The notes: generated by a model not told the origin, from the letters alone. Counted from the stretch's first letter, positions 12,015-25,857 are shown. The stretch is 63,430 bases of DNA from Carcharhinus longimanus (GCA_030264375.1 JASCQW010000098.1:60643684-60707113); one strand, 5' to 3'. Numbers and translations are program-made.

Positions 12015-13366
12015 GTGAATTAAATTGGCCATAATTTCTCCAGTCTCTCCTATATTAGCATCTGAGTGGCTGGAATAGGCACTGCACTGAGCCACCTAGG
12101 TAAGTGTCAGGGGTCTCAGGGCAGGGACGGTAAGAAAGGCCTGAAGGATACGGGGATAGGCCAGTGGAAGGGAGGTCCAGAGGTCACAGGGCCTTAGGGG
12201 AAAGTGTCCTCAGTCACAGGGGACTTCTGATTGGGGCATCCTCTACCTGCCAAGATCAATCCACGTTCGTTTTCAGGTTTTATTTGATGGAACTTCAACA
12301 TTAAAGATTGTATGGCATGTACCCTACTTTGTGGTATTGGTCTGATTTGACATCTGTTTTGTTGCACTGAAGTGCACTGTTTTCTGATGTGATCTTGACT
12401 CTGGACACACGCTGCTGATTTCTGCTGATTTCATGTGTAATCTTTTGAGTGTTATACTCAAATCTTTTGTCCAATGTTTAGGTGGGGTAACTCATTGCTT
12501 GCATGATAACCATGAGCATCTCTCATCTTCTGCTATTTTTTGATTAGGACATTACATAGTCCTGGGAGTAATGAGAAGTGATAATTGGAAAGAATTGTTC
12601 ACACTTGTCTGCTGAATTGCAGTTTGGCAGTGAGATGAAGTTTGTAAGTTCAGAATGAGTATACATATTCACTTCAAACAGTGGCACATTGACTGTTGGC
12701 TAATGATTTACATTGTAGAGTTAGGTGGTCTTTTCCAGGTGTGACAATATGTTTTACAAGGATGCTCCCAGCAATCTGTGGTCTTTGTCGTTGTCTTGGT
12801 GATACTATGAATAGTGACAAAGAATGATCTGTGGGCATATACTCTGGATGGTGGCAAAGGATGGTACCACTGTACCAATATATTCTTCGATGCTGTTACG
12901 GCTAGGGAGAGATTGTTCAATAACTTTTCCCATTTGTCCTCACTACTCTATTATCCACACAAGATATATATCTTAGAAATAGTGTTTTATGCCTTTTGAA
13001 TGCATGACTTTGAATAATAGACACAAAACCAGCTTGTTGACAAGTTTAAATTAAAGGAAGCGATCAATGTTTATTCACACAACAATCCAAAATATAGTCC
13101 TTGTAGAGACAAATTTGTGACTTCACATCGCAATGAAAACACTCATTCCCTCAAACACACAAGCACACATATACAAGAAAAGATGAATTACAGAGACAAA
13201 GTATGCACTCGGATTATTAAAAAAATACATCATATTACATCCTGTTTCATGTTGAAGCATGATGGATAACAAGTTTAGGATATGCCTCTTAAAGATGTAT
13301 CACAACAGTGTTTAAAGGAAGGATAAGATTTGGGGAATTAAGGAGTGACATACTTAACACAGAAAT

Positions 13367-14720
13367 TCTCAATTCTGACCTGATTATGTAGCTCCAGTAT
13401 TTATATTGCTCGACTAGTCAACTTTCTAGTAAATGGTAACTCTCAAGATGTTGATATTGTTGGATTCAGTGATAGTAATGCCATTGAACATCAAGGAGAG
13501 ATAGATAGATTCTCTCTTTTCAGAAGTGGTCATTGTTTGGCAATTGTGTGGCAATTGAAAGTAGTCTGATGGGACAGTAACTGGTTGGACTGGATTTTTG
13601 TAGATAAGACATACCTGGGTAATTTTCCATATTGCTGGATAGATGCCATTGTTCTAGCTTACTGAAGAAGCTCAGTTAAGGGCATAATTACATCTGGAAC
13701 ACAAGTCTTCCATATCACAGCAGGGGATGTTTTCAGGGGCCTTAGTTTTTGCTGTATCCAGTGCCTTCAACTATCTCTATATACTATATGAAGTGAATTG
13801 CATTGTTTAAACTGGCATCTATGAAGCGAAGACCTCAGGAGGAGCCTGAGATGGATCATTCCTTCAGCAATTATTGCTGAAAATGGTTGCAAATGCTTCA
13901 ATCTCATCTTTTGCTGGGCCCCCTGTCAGTAAGAACATGAATGTTCTTGGAGCTCCTCCTCCAATTAATTGTTTATTTGTCCACCCATGTGCCACAATTA
14001 CAGAGCTTTGATCGGATCCATTGTTGATTGTGGGATCACTGAGCCCTGTCTATCTTCATCACATTTTTAAATATGCCTGGTGCTGTTCCTTTCATGCTGT
14101 CTTGTACAGCTCACTGTTTGTTTACAATAGTAGAATGAGTGCTATGATGGGTTATGGAGTACAGATTTGTGCTTGAACACAATTCTTTTGCTGTTGAAAG
14201 CCCAGTGTCTCATGGATGCTCAATTTTAAACTGTTAGATCTTTTCTGAATCTATCCCTCTTAGCATGGTGGTAGTGCCACACAACACAATGAAGGCACAA
14301 TAGGGGATATCCTCAATGTGAAGTCACAACTTTGTCTCTATCAGGATTGTGTGATGATCTCTCCTACCAGTACTGTTATGAATAGATGCATCTGTGACAG
14401 GCAGAGATCAAGCGTAGGATCAAGTGTGAGATCAGGTACCATACATGTTGTTGTCAGCTTGGATCAAGTATGCCTCTTTTGTGGAGACAATCAATTGCAT
14501 TCAATTTGAATTTGAATTATTTATTGGAGCAATCAAGGAAATGAATTAAGGGTTTACCCTGTTCACTTTGTACATTGTCTTTGTAACTCTGAGAAAGGGA
14601 TTTTTTTTAGCTTTGAGGACAAAAGAGGTCAAATAGATTTTTCACTCTTGTTGGTTCCCTCACCAAGTGTCATAGACCAAATTTAGTAGTTATGTCCTTT
14701 AAGTCTCCAGGCAATTAATG
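13367..14720 (-). mobile_element. Decayed CR1-group (Zenon-like) LINE ORF2 with internal deletions
   Basis: Antisense homology to 6065-7150 (e.g. gctgtatccagtgccttca; gacctcaggaggagcctgagatggatcat). Confidence 0.8.
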
Positions 14721-14724
14721 ACAC

Positions 14725-15895
14725 TGGGGGACTATTTCACATCCAGCCTGAGTTTGCAGGCTGGCTGGAAAGGTTCCGGGGGAATGGGGGGATGGGGAAG
14801 CTTGAAGCTTGAAAAGACATCTGCTCAGGCATCAGTCAAGAAAGGAGGAGAGCGTATCCATCAGCAGCCTCCTTTCAACATCAGGCTCTCCCCCCCAAAA
14901 TGTCTACTCCCTACAAGTGTTCCACACCCTCCCGACCTCTCACTCAACTACAAGGGACTCACCTTCTGTCCCTGTCCTGACAGCTCCACATTTACCTGGT
15001 CCTAGATTCCCAGGATCTGGGTCAATCTTCTGCTCCTGCTGCTGGTGAGCTTGGAGATGGGGAGGGTATTTCATCTGATGGGATGATGACATATCGTAAC
15101 CCATGACTTGCCCACCTGCACCAGAATGAAGTTTAGAATGGGAAGGTCCATGCTTGAATTTCCTGGCCAATTAATGACAACTTAAGGACCTCATCCTGTC
15201 ACCACACATCTTATTTCAGCTGCGGATGGGCCTGTTGTCATGTGGTATGCATGGCAGCTCAAACTGTGCAGTCAGCTTGTCAGCCCTGGGGTTTGGGGAA
15301 GTGATCCCTCAATCCCTTGATCTAGGAACTCATGAGGGAGTTGCTGAGAGCCACACCTGATCTTATTGCTGATGGTCCATCCCACACCCCTCTCCACGTG
15401 ACACTACCCTTCCATGTGGTGCTGGTGAGCAGAAGAGTTGCCAGCCTCTGATTGGTCGGCAACACTCAGTAGGCATGAACTCTGCTTCTGGGGTCTTGAT
15501 TCCAGGACAAGTTTCGTTGCTAGCCATGTCATTACCTGACTGGAATGTGGGTTGGCAAGTCTTCCCGAAAAGAGGCAATGTGAGTCTCTCACCAGCTCTG
15601 CACCTGGTTGACAAGACCTCTCCCTAAAGATTCAGCAAGATTCTGCTCTGGGCTCTGGGGATATTTGCAGTTCCAATCCTGTTCACTGCAGCTTCTGGTG
15701 CTTTTGGGACTAAGTTAGCTGGCAACTCTCTGAGGTGAGATTTTCTCCTGATTGAGGGGTAGAAGTTGCACCTCCAATCAATTAATGCTTGTTAGAGTCA
15801 TAAATAGCTGCGGTGCAACCAGTATTGGTAAGAATGTAGTCACTACCAACTAGATGTCAGAAAGTGAACATCTTTCATCCTAAACATCTTGGCCA
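14725..15895. mobile_element. Decayed non-autonomous DNA transposon (probably Harbinger-type)
   Basis: GC-richer block with motifs gccaattaatgacaacttaagg and cagcctctgattggtcggca that I recall from shark non-autonomous elements; boundaries uncertain. Confidence 0.4.
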
Positions 15896-16599
15896 TTCTT
15901 TAGTAGGCAACTAAGATGCTAAAGTACAGAAAAAGCAGCCCATATTACTTAACATACCTAATAACCCCTATACCACCTTCATATGCCACAATCTTTGCTG
16001 AAATGCGGTCTTACTTTTAAAGTTCTGAACCTCTCTAACACTTTTCACAGGCTGTCTTCTCCCTGTTACATGAAAACAAGTCTTTTAGCATCCTTTTTAT
16101 AATTCAATCCTCCTGAGCATAATTAAATTGACTCCCAGCAGCAAGGCACCCACTGGCAAATTCTCAGTCTTTATGTTCCTACATGGCCCATCTCTACAAA
16201 TTGGGAATCCATTCTCACTATCATTCTGCTCTAACAGACATTGGTTCACTTCTTCTCTATCTCTCCCTCTCTCCAGGTTCTTTTGATCTGATTATCAAAA
16301 GCTATGTTCAGGCTTTAAACCAGGCACCTGACTTTCAATAAGACTTGACCTGGACCCCACAGTTAGATGAGGCAGGCTTGTCATTGACTGGAAGCAGTAG
16401 TACGTCACTGTGTCTTTATAACTGCACACTTTGACATTGAATTAAAGACATTGTTTAAAATATAATTATCTTATATCTAGTTTTTTTTTAAGCGTATCTT
16501 CACACACATCTTTTTCCCTTTGGAGAATAATGGAAAAATGGTGGAAGGATCCCTGAGCTGATTATCAGCCCATTGAATAAAGTCTAGTGACAATTAGGC

Positions 16600-17097
16600 T
16601 CAAGAAGGAGTTTCAGGATTTGGGTCTAATGACGATGTAGTTCCAAATTAGATTATTCAGTAACCTGGAGGGGAAGTTGCAGATGAAGGTGTCCCAATGC
16701 TTCTGCTGCCCTTGTGCTGCTAGGTGCTAGAAATCACAGGTTTGGAAGCTGCTGTTAAAGGATGCTGAGCAAGTTGGCCCAGTGCATCTTTTGATGGTAC
16801 ACACTAACATCTGTGCGCAAATATTGGACAGAATGTTAAATATGGTGACTGAGTTGCCAATCAAGCAGACTGCTTTGCCTTGGATAGTGGCCAGCGTCTT
16901 AAGTGTTGTTTGAGCTGCATTCACCCAAGCAAGGGGAATGTATTCAATCACACTGCTCACTTGTACCTTATAGATGATGGACAGGCTTTGGAGAGTCAGG
17001 AGGTGAGTTACTCACCGCAGAATTCCAAGCCTCTTTCCTTCTCTAGTAGCCATCCGAATTATATGGCTGTTTCAATTAAGTTTCTGGTTCATGGTTT
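16600..17097 (-). mobile_element. CR1-group (Zenon-like) LINE 3' ORF2 fragment
   Basis: ORF 16727-16960: SVIEYIPLAWVNAAQTTLKTLATIQGKAVCLIG, homologous to 7390-7500. Confidence 0.8.
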
Positions 17098-17989
17098 CGG
17101 GTTTAAATGATATACATTTAAATTGGTTTACGAAAGTCTTCTGCCATTAGCAGAAGCCTGGAGCATATTTCCTACATGAGTGCCCACCCTCAGGATTCAA
17201 AATCCCAAGTTCCTTTCAGTATATCAAATGGCACTCAGATCTGTGCCTTGTACATTCTGGTTATTGTTCTCCAACACTGAGAAGAAGACCAGAGTTGCAG
17301 CTGCAAACTGCTCACAGACTTCTGTTCCCGACCACAGGTCCAGAAAGTGTCAATAGTGTGCTTGAATTATTCTGATGATTGCGTTTACCAAACTTCTGCA
17401 GTAATGTGAAAGGAGATGAAGACATGAAATTTATGGTGGCCTTGATGAGCATGCCATCACATGTTTTAGTTTACCTTCAAGGCTTGAGGTTCTGGAAGCA
17501 GCGTTCCTCTGTTATTTCGAGCCAGTGGTATTCTAATCTTATATTGCAATGGGTAGCATAGTGGCAGGTACTTTGATGCCATCTGACATCACTGGCAGCC
17601 TTCCTGTGCTCCTACTCACTCTCCTCCATTAAATCCTGCTCAACATCAACTGAACGTTCTAAGATCATTTCCCCTCTCATGTTGACTCTGGTCAATGTCT
17701 CATGTTGCATTTAACAGTTTGTAATATACGGACTTAGATGCGAGATTAACAGGTTCGTAATGTTTATCATCATTGTCTAAAGCCAATAATGTGCACTAAT
17801 ACAAATACTCCATGTCCCACCTCACCACACGTCTTTGTCCCACAAAGGGAGAATTCCACTCACAAAGCAGATTCTGTTGGGAAGCCATTGAAAACCAATA
17901 CTAACTGATGAGGAACTGGCTTGACTTTTAACACACATCTTAAACAATATGAGCCAGGGTACTTCAAGTCAGTGATACCAATGACTAAA

Positions 17990-18640
17990 GCATCTTTAAT
18001 GTAGTAAAGTATACCAAAGGATCTCAGAAAGATAAGCACATATTCTGAGCATTGGGAGGTAGTTAGGGGAAGTGATCAAAGGCAATTAAAAGGTGTCTTT
18101 TAAAGAGGGGAGAGATGTAGCAAAACAAAATGGCTCAGAAAAAGAGATCCCGCTTTTAGTGTTAATATGGATGCAGGCATCCTTATAGAAGACTGAATGG
18201 GTGAATTGAATAAGAAGTAGGAACCGTAGGGTAAATGCTGGCACATTTTGAAGCAACTAAACTGGATGTTAAATTGAGAAATATCTTCCTGATCCAAAAC
18301 AAGCAGACAGATGTTGGGGATGGAGTTGCAGAGATAGACTAGCTGAGTGGGATTTTCTGGCTGCACTTGCCCCAAGACTGGAAAATCCCACCCGAGGTCA
18401 ATCTCGAACTTGGCATGGTCCATGTCCTGTCTGCAGGTGGAACTGGAAACTCCGCCCCATTTATGTAAATATAGAATTCAGTCCTATGTCTATGATGTTG
18501 CTGAGTACAAGGGCCCAAGAATGGAAGCTTGGGGCATTCATGAACCAACGATACGGACAGAAAGAGAATCTATTGCAGGAGATGTGATGGGCTATGTTGG
18601 AGTCGAGAAAAAACATACAACAGTAAGATGAGAAGCATCT
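17990..18640 (-). mobile_element. Highly decayed L2-type LINE fragments, split by a MITE
   Basis: Purine-rich antisense segments (gtcttttaaagaggggagag; acaagggcccaagaatggaagcttgggg, a GVPQGSILGP-like reading). Confidence 0.4.
18345..18458. mobile_element. MITE (Harbinger-type)
   Basis: gagtgggattttctgg..ctggaaaatcccaccc internal hairpin and terminal ggaaactccgccc. Confidence 0.65.
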
Positions 18641-19092
18641 ACAAAAGCCAGCCTATGCTTAAGAGCAGGTGCTAACAGTACAAGTTGCATGGAAGGTGAC
18701 CACAAAATGGTTAGGCGGGGTAACTGTAGAAGGTATAGTGTCTGGGTGCCCTTCAAATATAGTGTCTAGACATTCAACCTCATGAAGTAATGGCAGGGAT
18801 GGGAACTTCCTGTCTGACCCACACCAGAATTGGTGTACTACATGAAGAAGCATATTTGATGAGCTAAACAGCACAAAATTGCACATCATCAGCTGGTCCT
18901 TGCCCCACCGGGAGAGATTAACTTCTGCTTTGGTGCCCAGCACTGAATTTAGACTCCAGAACAGAATGTTGCAGCCAATATTTTTGTTTTAGTTCAGTTG
19001 TTGTTAGAGGTGGTGAGTATTGGGACAGGAAAAAAGATTACTAATGTACATTATTTGTTATATTTTGTTAAATTAAGTGGGAAAGGAAAGAT

Positions 19093-19408
19093 ATAGAATC
19101 CTATGGTGCAGAAGGAAGCCATTCAGCCCATCAAATCTGCACCAAGCATAAGCCCACTCAGGCCCTGACCCCATAACCCCATGTATTTACCCTAACTAGT
19201 CCCCCTGATACTAAGGGGTAATTTAGCATGGCCAATCCACCTAACCCACACGTCTTTGGACTGTAGGAGAAAACCAGAGCACCCAGAGGCAACCCGCTGA
19301 CATGGGGAGAATGTGCAAACTCTACACAGACGGTGACCCAGGCAGGGAATTGAACACAGGTCCCTGGCACTGTGAGGCAGCAGTGCTAACCATGAAGCCA
19401 CCATGCTG
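19093..19408 (-). mobile_element. HE1-type V-SINE
   Basis: Full head, V-domain and tail in antisense. Confidence 0.92.
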
Positions 19409-19470
19409 ATATAAGAGTATCTGGAGATTTGCATGCATTTGGCACATGAATTGAGGTAGAAATAGCTAAT

Positions 19471-19800
19471 GGCATGGTAGCACAGTGCTAACTGCTGCTT
19501 CACAGCTCCAGGGACCCGGGTTTAATTTCCGGCTTGGGTCACTGTCTATGTGGAGTTTGCACATTCTCTCTGTGTCTGTGTGGGTTTCCTCCAGGTGTTC
19601 CGGTTTCCTCTCACTGTCCAAAGATGTGCGGGTTAGGTTGATTGGCCATGCTAAAACTGCCCTTAGTGTCCTGAGGTGTGTAGGTTAGAAGGATTAGTGG
19701 GTAAATGTGTAGAGATATGGGGGAAAGCCTGGGCAGGATTGTGGTTGGTGCAGGCTTGATGGGCCAAATGGCCTATTTTGGTACTGTCAAATTTCTATGA
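19471..19800 (+). mobile_element. HE1-type V-SINE
   Basis: Full head, V-domain and tail; head-to-head with the preceding copy. Confidence 0.92.
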
Positions 19801-20391
19801 ATAGGATCACCGGAGATGGCAGTAACTTTATGAAAGCAAATGGTTAGATCAAGCTTTGCAAGAAATCTGTTTATTAAGTCAGTGACGAATCTCAACAATG
19901 ACACAGTATTCGACTGTTATTTTCCAATTCTTTAATCAATTATAAAACTAATATTTGTGTTTCCATTTCCCCTGAATTTCTCTTAGGAATTATCAAAGAA
20001 AGAGAAAAACCACATGGAGTATTATAAGCGTATCCTGTTTATGTACTGCTCCCTGTAAAATGAAATGAAAAGCAGTTTGAAAATATGAGCTCCCTTGAAA
20101 TGCCTTCTGATAAACAAAGCCTTCATAACTCATGCTTTAACTTACCAAGAATATAAACAATATTGGAATAAGCTGTCCAGCCAATGACGTAAAGCATTTC
20201 GATTTGACAAAAGTTTGATTTTTTATTCCGAAATGCAGATATTTATAGCGTTAGTTTTGTTATTCAGAAAAACCTCCTTATTTTTTCAGGATGTTAATAT
20301 TTTTTAGTGAACCTCTGCACCTTCAAATAAAGCCATATGCAAAAAAGAAACATTTAACTGTGCAATTGAGGAGACTGACAATCCCAAAGAC

Positions 20392-20755
20392 TTTTTAAAT
20401 TCTTTCATGGGATGTGAGCATCATTGGCAAGGTCAGTATTTGTTGCCCATTCCTAATTACACTTGAGAAAGTGGTGGTGAGTTGCTTCTTGAATTGTTGT
20501 AATACACCTGGTGCGGGTACTCCCATGCTGTTAGGGATGGAGTTCCAGGATGTTGATAGCGAAGTAATAGAACGGGATTTTATGGTCTTGCTCGTCCCAA
20601 AACCGTAAAATCCCACCTGAGATCAATTGACCTTCCCATGGTCCGCTCCTCGCCTGCTCCGATTCCTGTGGTGGGCACGGTGGTAAGATTCCAGCCAAAG
20701 TTCCGAGTCAGGCTGGTGTGTGGCTTGGAGGAGAACTTGTAGGTGGTGATGTTCC
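20392..20755 (-). mobile_element. CR1-group (Zenon-like) LINE 3' end containing a MITE at about 20570-20696
   Basis: WNSIPNSMGVPAPGVLQQFKK reading and tail cttgccaatgatgctcacatcccatgaaagaa; MITE cgggattttatgg..gtaagattccagcc. Confidence 0.8.
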
Positions 20756-20828
20756 AGCACGGTGGCCAAGTGGATAGCACTGCTATTGCACAACGCCAGG
20801 GATCTGGGTTCAATTTTGACCTCAGGTG
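20756..20828 (+). mobile_element. HE1 SINE head (5' part of a SINE split by CR1)
   Basis: agcacggtggccaagtggatagcactgct..ccagggatctgggttcaatt..ggtga. Confidence 0.8.
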
Positions 20829-22081
20829 AACAAAGAACAAAGAGAAGTACAGCACAGGAACAGGCCCTTTGGCCTTCTAAGCCTGCGCCAATTGTGGTGC
20901 CTGGCTAAGCTAAACTATATGCACTTATGGAGTCCATATCTTTCCAATTCCATTCTAGTCAAGCAATCATCTAGTTGCCCCTTAAATGCCGCAATTGTAT
21001 CTGTTCCTACGACATCCCCAGGTAGCATGTTCCAGCCATTCACCACCCTCTGTGTAACAAACTTGCCTCACACATCTCCTCTAAACTTTCCCCATGCACC
21101 TTAAAACTATGTCCCCTAATACTTGACTTTTCTACCCTAGAAAAGACTATCTGACTAGCCATTCTTTCCATGCCATTCATAATCTTGTACACCTCTATCA
21201 GGTCACCCCTTAACCACTATCATTCTGGTAATCTCTTACCCAATCTCTTCTCAAAGCTAATACTCTCCAGACCAGGCAACATCCTGGTAAACCTCTTCTG
21301 CACTTTCTCCAAAGCATCCGCGTCCTTCTGGTAGTGTGGCATCCAGAATTGTACACAGTATTCTAAATGAAACCTAAGGTTCTGTATAACTGCAGCATGA
21401 CCTGTCAATTTTTATATTCAGTGCCCTGACCAATGGAGGCAAATATGCCGTGCGTTTTCTTGACTACATTACCCACCTACATTGCCACTTTCAGTGATCA
21501 GTAGACATGTATGCCAGATCTCTCTGCCTGTCAATATGCCTAAGGGTTCTACCATTTGCTATATAATTCCTACATACATTGGACCTTCCAAAATGCGTTA
21601 TCTCACACTTGTCCGGATTAAACTCCATCTGCTATTTCTCTGCCCAAGTCTCCATTCGGTCTATATCTTGCTGTATCCCCTGACAATCTTCTTCACTATT
21701 CGCAACTCCACCAATTTTTGTGTTGTCTATGAGCTTACTAATCAGACCAGCTACATTTTCCTCCAAATCATTTATAAATACGATGAACTAAAAAGATCCC
21801 AGAACTGATCCCGGTGGAACGCCACTCATCACAGCCTTCCATTCAGAAAAGCACTTCTCTACTGCTACCCTCCGCCTTCCATGGCCAAGCCAGTTCTGTA
21901 TCCAACTTGCCAGCTCTCCTCTGATCCTGTATAACTTCACCTTTCGTACCGGAAGTACCTTGTCAAAGACTTTACTGAAGTCCATGTATACAACATCCAC
22001 TGCTTTTCCCTCATCTATCACCTTCATCACTTCCTCCAAAAATTCAATCAAGTTAGTGAGGCATGGCCTCCCCTTCACAAA
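20829..22081 (-). mobile_element. 5'-truncated CR1 LINE (RT domain to 3' tail)
   Basis: FVKGRPCLTNLIEFLEEV..DEGKAVDVVYMDFSKVFDKV..SGVPPGSVLG; HLEYCVQFW.PHYQKD..ALEKVQKRFTRMLPG; (ttctttg) tail. Confidence 0.93.
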
Positions 22082-22336
22082 ACTGGCCGTATGGAATTTG
22101 AGCAATCTCCCCACAATTTGACAGTTTCCTCCAGATGCTCCAGTTCCTCCCAAACACCAAAAATGTATAGATTAGGTGGATTAGCCATGCTAAATTGCCC
22201 CTTAGTGTCAGAGGATTGGCAGGGTAAATACATGGGATTATGGGGATAGAGCTTGGGTGGGATTGTTGTCGGCACAGGCTCGATGGGCCTCCTTCTGCAC
22301 TGTAGGGATTCTATGATTCTAGGATTCTATGATTCT
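22082..22336 (+). mobile_element. HE1 SINE body and tail (3' part of the split SINE)
   Basis: Resumes at the consensus position (ggtga|ctg..tggaatttg) and ends in (attctatg)n. Confidence 0.85.
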
Positions 22337-22469
22337 GTTTCCCGAACTCTTCAATCTTGTCCACAGCCAGGATTTTCCAGTCCCGCTGCTGTGAATGGAA
22401 AAGCAAATTCCCCATTTCCACTTGCAGCAGTTGTGGAGCAAACATGATTGGAGAATTCTGGCCAGGCTC

Positions 22470-22640
22470 TTGGTCTATAATATCTCATCCAATAGATGAC
22501 ACATTTGGCAGTGCAGCACTCCCTTAGTACTGCACTGGAGTGTCAACCTAGACTTTTGTGCTCAAATCTCTGGAATGGGACTTGTATCCACAACTTTCTG
22601 ACGGAGAAACAAAAGTAATATCCATTGAGCCACATCTGAC
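22470..22640 (-). mobile_element. DeuSINE 5' fragment
   Basis: cagtgcagcactcccttagtactgcactggagtgtca..ttgtgctcaaatctctggaatgggacttg; homologous to 32040-32170. Confidence 0.75.
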
Positions 22641-24361
22641 TTGATGAGTCAGGCCAAGCATTTTGTAAAGGGGAATAAAAATGCAATCTTAGTTCTGCAC
22701 AACAAACGCGATGTTTAGCTACTGCAATGATTAGAAATGAACTAAATGTAAATCCAAGATGACTATAACAATTTTGAAAGGTACATTACTTTTTTACACT
22801 AATAGCAAAATACTGCATAAATATATCATTTAGGTCACATTAGCATTAATGATATTAGAAAACAGAAAACAAAAGGAATGGCATAGAGATATATTGTGCT
22901 GAATAATATTACCAGTCAATTTATCATCAGTTTTGACTGTGACTTGCACAAATTAACACATGCAACAAAGACTAAAGCAAGAAGCTTAATTCAACATGCA
23001 ATATTTCACTCACAAGATGTGATGATTGCAAGTTTGCAATCATGTGAAAGTGTTAATTAATATCAACCAAATCTTTGCAAATGAATGACTGTTTGACACT
23101 CCTCGATTTTTATTTTCCATAATTTTGTTTGCTGGAGCATTATGAACATATAAGACTTTTCTTCATCACCATCCATGAATTCACATGAATAGGAATTGAT
23201 ATAATTTATTTAATTTGGAAGCTTTCCTTCCACAGCAGGTGGAGGCTGTGAGCTGTGACTGTCAAATCCTGCCAAGGGTGCAGGGCATGACCTGGGAGAC
23301 AGAGCTAAGGAACTGACCTTGTCACACTTGAACACACACAGCTGCTAACCTACTGTTTGGTCACATTATCTAGTGCAGCGCAATGTCATCTTCCAATTAA
23401 CTTAGGATAAGAATTATATTGAACCCTAATTTGTAATAATGAATTGTGACGGTTTAGCATGAAAGACAAAGTGAAGTGATTCTTTATTCACAAGCAATGA
23501 ACAAAACTAAAAACATTAGGAATAGCAAAAGAAAATAAAAGCATTAAATGTCAAAAGGCATTTTATGTCTCTATTTAATGATAAATTTGTATTAGATGAA
23601 ATTTGTTTGTAAAGTCATAAGGTAAGTTTTCTGAAAATTATATTAGCCAACATTATTTTCTTAAATATCTTAATTTATCATTTGTTTTGTTTTTCTTCTT
23701 GCCAATGGGAGAATCTTTTCAAATCAAAGATCTATTAATTCTGCGGGACTTTGAATTCATATTAGTTGAGTCTCAGATTGGAAAAGTGTTCTTGTTGAAT
23801 ACATTTTTCACAACAATTAAGATTATTCCTCAGTTTGTAACTAATATTGGAATCAGGGTTTGGGAGATAGAGTTGGAAGTACACCCAGAAGTCAAAAAAA
23901 ACATATACTTTGCATTGCAACATTAGAGAACATGTGTGATCAATTAATCAGTCAAATAACTAATTTTCACATCATAAAGCAATATATGTTCCAATAAATA
24001 AAACAACAATCACACTGTTTGAGTGATGAACGAATAAATGATAATGTTGATTAATATATTATCACATTGGTTGTTGTACTGTTAAAAGATGTTGCTGTAC
24101 AACTCAGCCATCTTGCATTTCCTGAACATCAAATGTTGAAATTCAGACAGCGATTTTTAAATACTTCAATGAAATTTATACTGGAATTAAAACTATGCTT
24201 TCTGTTACAATAATGACCTAAAATAATCATAGGAAAACAAAGGTCCTGAGTGACTGAAGTGAAGAATATCTTTGAACTTCAGTCTGTGTTGAGTTGACTA
24301 ATTCCACTCACGGTAGCGGTGGACATACTAAAATTGGTACTTTACCAATATTCAGAAGCTA

Positions 24362-24540
24362 TCAGAGAATCACTGCAGTGCAGAAGGAGGTCATTCGGCC
24401 CATTCAGTCTGCACCAACTCTCTGACAGAGCACCTTACCCAAGCCCACCCTCCTGCCCTATCCATGATATCCTTGATATTTACCTCCCTAATCCCCCTAA
24501 CTGACACATATTGGGAAATTGGTGTCTGTGACTGTGGGAC
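24362..24540 (-). mobile_element. HE1 SINE 3' fragment
   Basis: cagtgcagaaggaggtcattcggcccatt tail. Confidence 0.75.
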
Positions 24541-24993
24541 AGGGAGGATGAAGATGTGTCTTGACCCACCTAGCAACAACTGCTAGAAATACAGTTTGTG
24601 TTGTTGTTAGTGGAAGTAAGGCTTTGCCTTGGGCTTGGCGCAATCTTCTTTCGGAAGATGATAGTGGGAGTTGTGGGTGGGCAGGGGTGCATGCAGAAAA
24701 AAAAGGGACACAGAGGAGAAACAATGCATTTGCTTTTGAGATGCTGCAATTTTTGCAGGGGGACGTTAAAACAAACATGGCTGATGAAAGTGGTCTAAGG
24801 CCTAAAAAGTGTTCTTGGCTGGGCTGGGCAGGGCCACATTACAATTCCTTTGGCAAACTGTCCACAAATTAACACAGTAGAAACTTTTAGGTTGAAAATT
24901 CTGTGGACTAGGCCAGAAGGTGATTCTCCAACTAAGCAATAGAAAGTTGCAGGATAAAAGTTAATCCAAAGGCTGAAGTTCAGAAAGCGGGGG

Positions 24994-25298
24994 ACAGAAA
25001 CCACAGAAATTGTACAGTACAAAAGGAGGCAATTTGGCCCATTGAGTTTGTATTGACCACAATCCCACCTAGGCCCTAGCCCTGTAACCCCACACATTTA
25101 TTCTGCTAATCCCCCTCACATTAAGGAGCAATTTAGCATGGTCAATCAACCTAACCCTCACATCTTTCAGACTGTGGGAGCAAACTAGAGGAAACCCACA
25201 CAGACACAGGAGAACATGCACAGACAGTGACCCAAGCTGGGAATTGAACCCAGGTTCCTGGAGCTGTGAGGCAGCAGTGCTAATCACTGTGCCACCAT
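24994..25298 (-). mobile_element. HE1-type V-SINE
   Basis: Head, V-domain and tail. Confidence 0.9.
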
Positions 25299-25603
25299 TC
25301 AACCCAATACCTTAAATATGCAGAGTTTAGCATTACTAACTTCTCATAAAAAGTCAGTAATAATGTACGTTAAAAAAACAGCCTGGAAGGATATCAAACT
25401 GACATGGAATGAATAACAGAGTTGAAAGATTCCAATCGCGATGTCAATTTAAAGATAATAATTTATAAGAATCTGATATTTTTTCATTCGTATGTAATTT
25501 GCTGTTATATTGGGATTATTTCTTACAAAAGTTGGGATTATTTGAAAAAGGCGCAATTAAAATTGAAATGTAACTGTTAATTTCACCAATAATGAATAAT
25601 ATT

Positions 25604-25857
25604 AAGAACATAAGAACATAAGAAATAGGAGCAGGAGTAAGCCATCTGGCCCTTCGAGCCTGCCCCGCCATTCAANNNNNNNNNNNNNNNNNNNNNNNNN
25701 NNNNNNNNNNNNNNNNNNNNNNNNNNNNNNNNNNNNNNNNNNNNNNNNNNNNNNNNNNNNNNNNNNNNNNNNNNNTGAGGCTGTGCCCCCTAGTCCTACT
25801 GTCCTTTCTGAGCGGGAAGAGTCTCTCCACCTCTATCCTATCCATCCCATTCGTAAA
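25604..25857 (-). mobile_element. Young 5'-truncated CR1 spanning gap 25676-25775
   Basis: 3' tail left of the gap; right of the gap is antisense to 48850-48916 (MDRIEVERLFPLRKDSRTRG). Confidence 0.85.

Noticed and set aside
14405-14470. Spaced gatcaag repeats resembling a CRISPR or iteron array
   Set aside because: Only 7-bp imperfect units within a decayed LINE in a vertebrate genome; local slippage
17200-17720. Possible further Harbinger transposase relic on the minus strand
   Set aside because: Only one weak motif (LIKATINF) and too decayed to support
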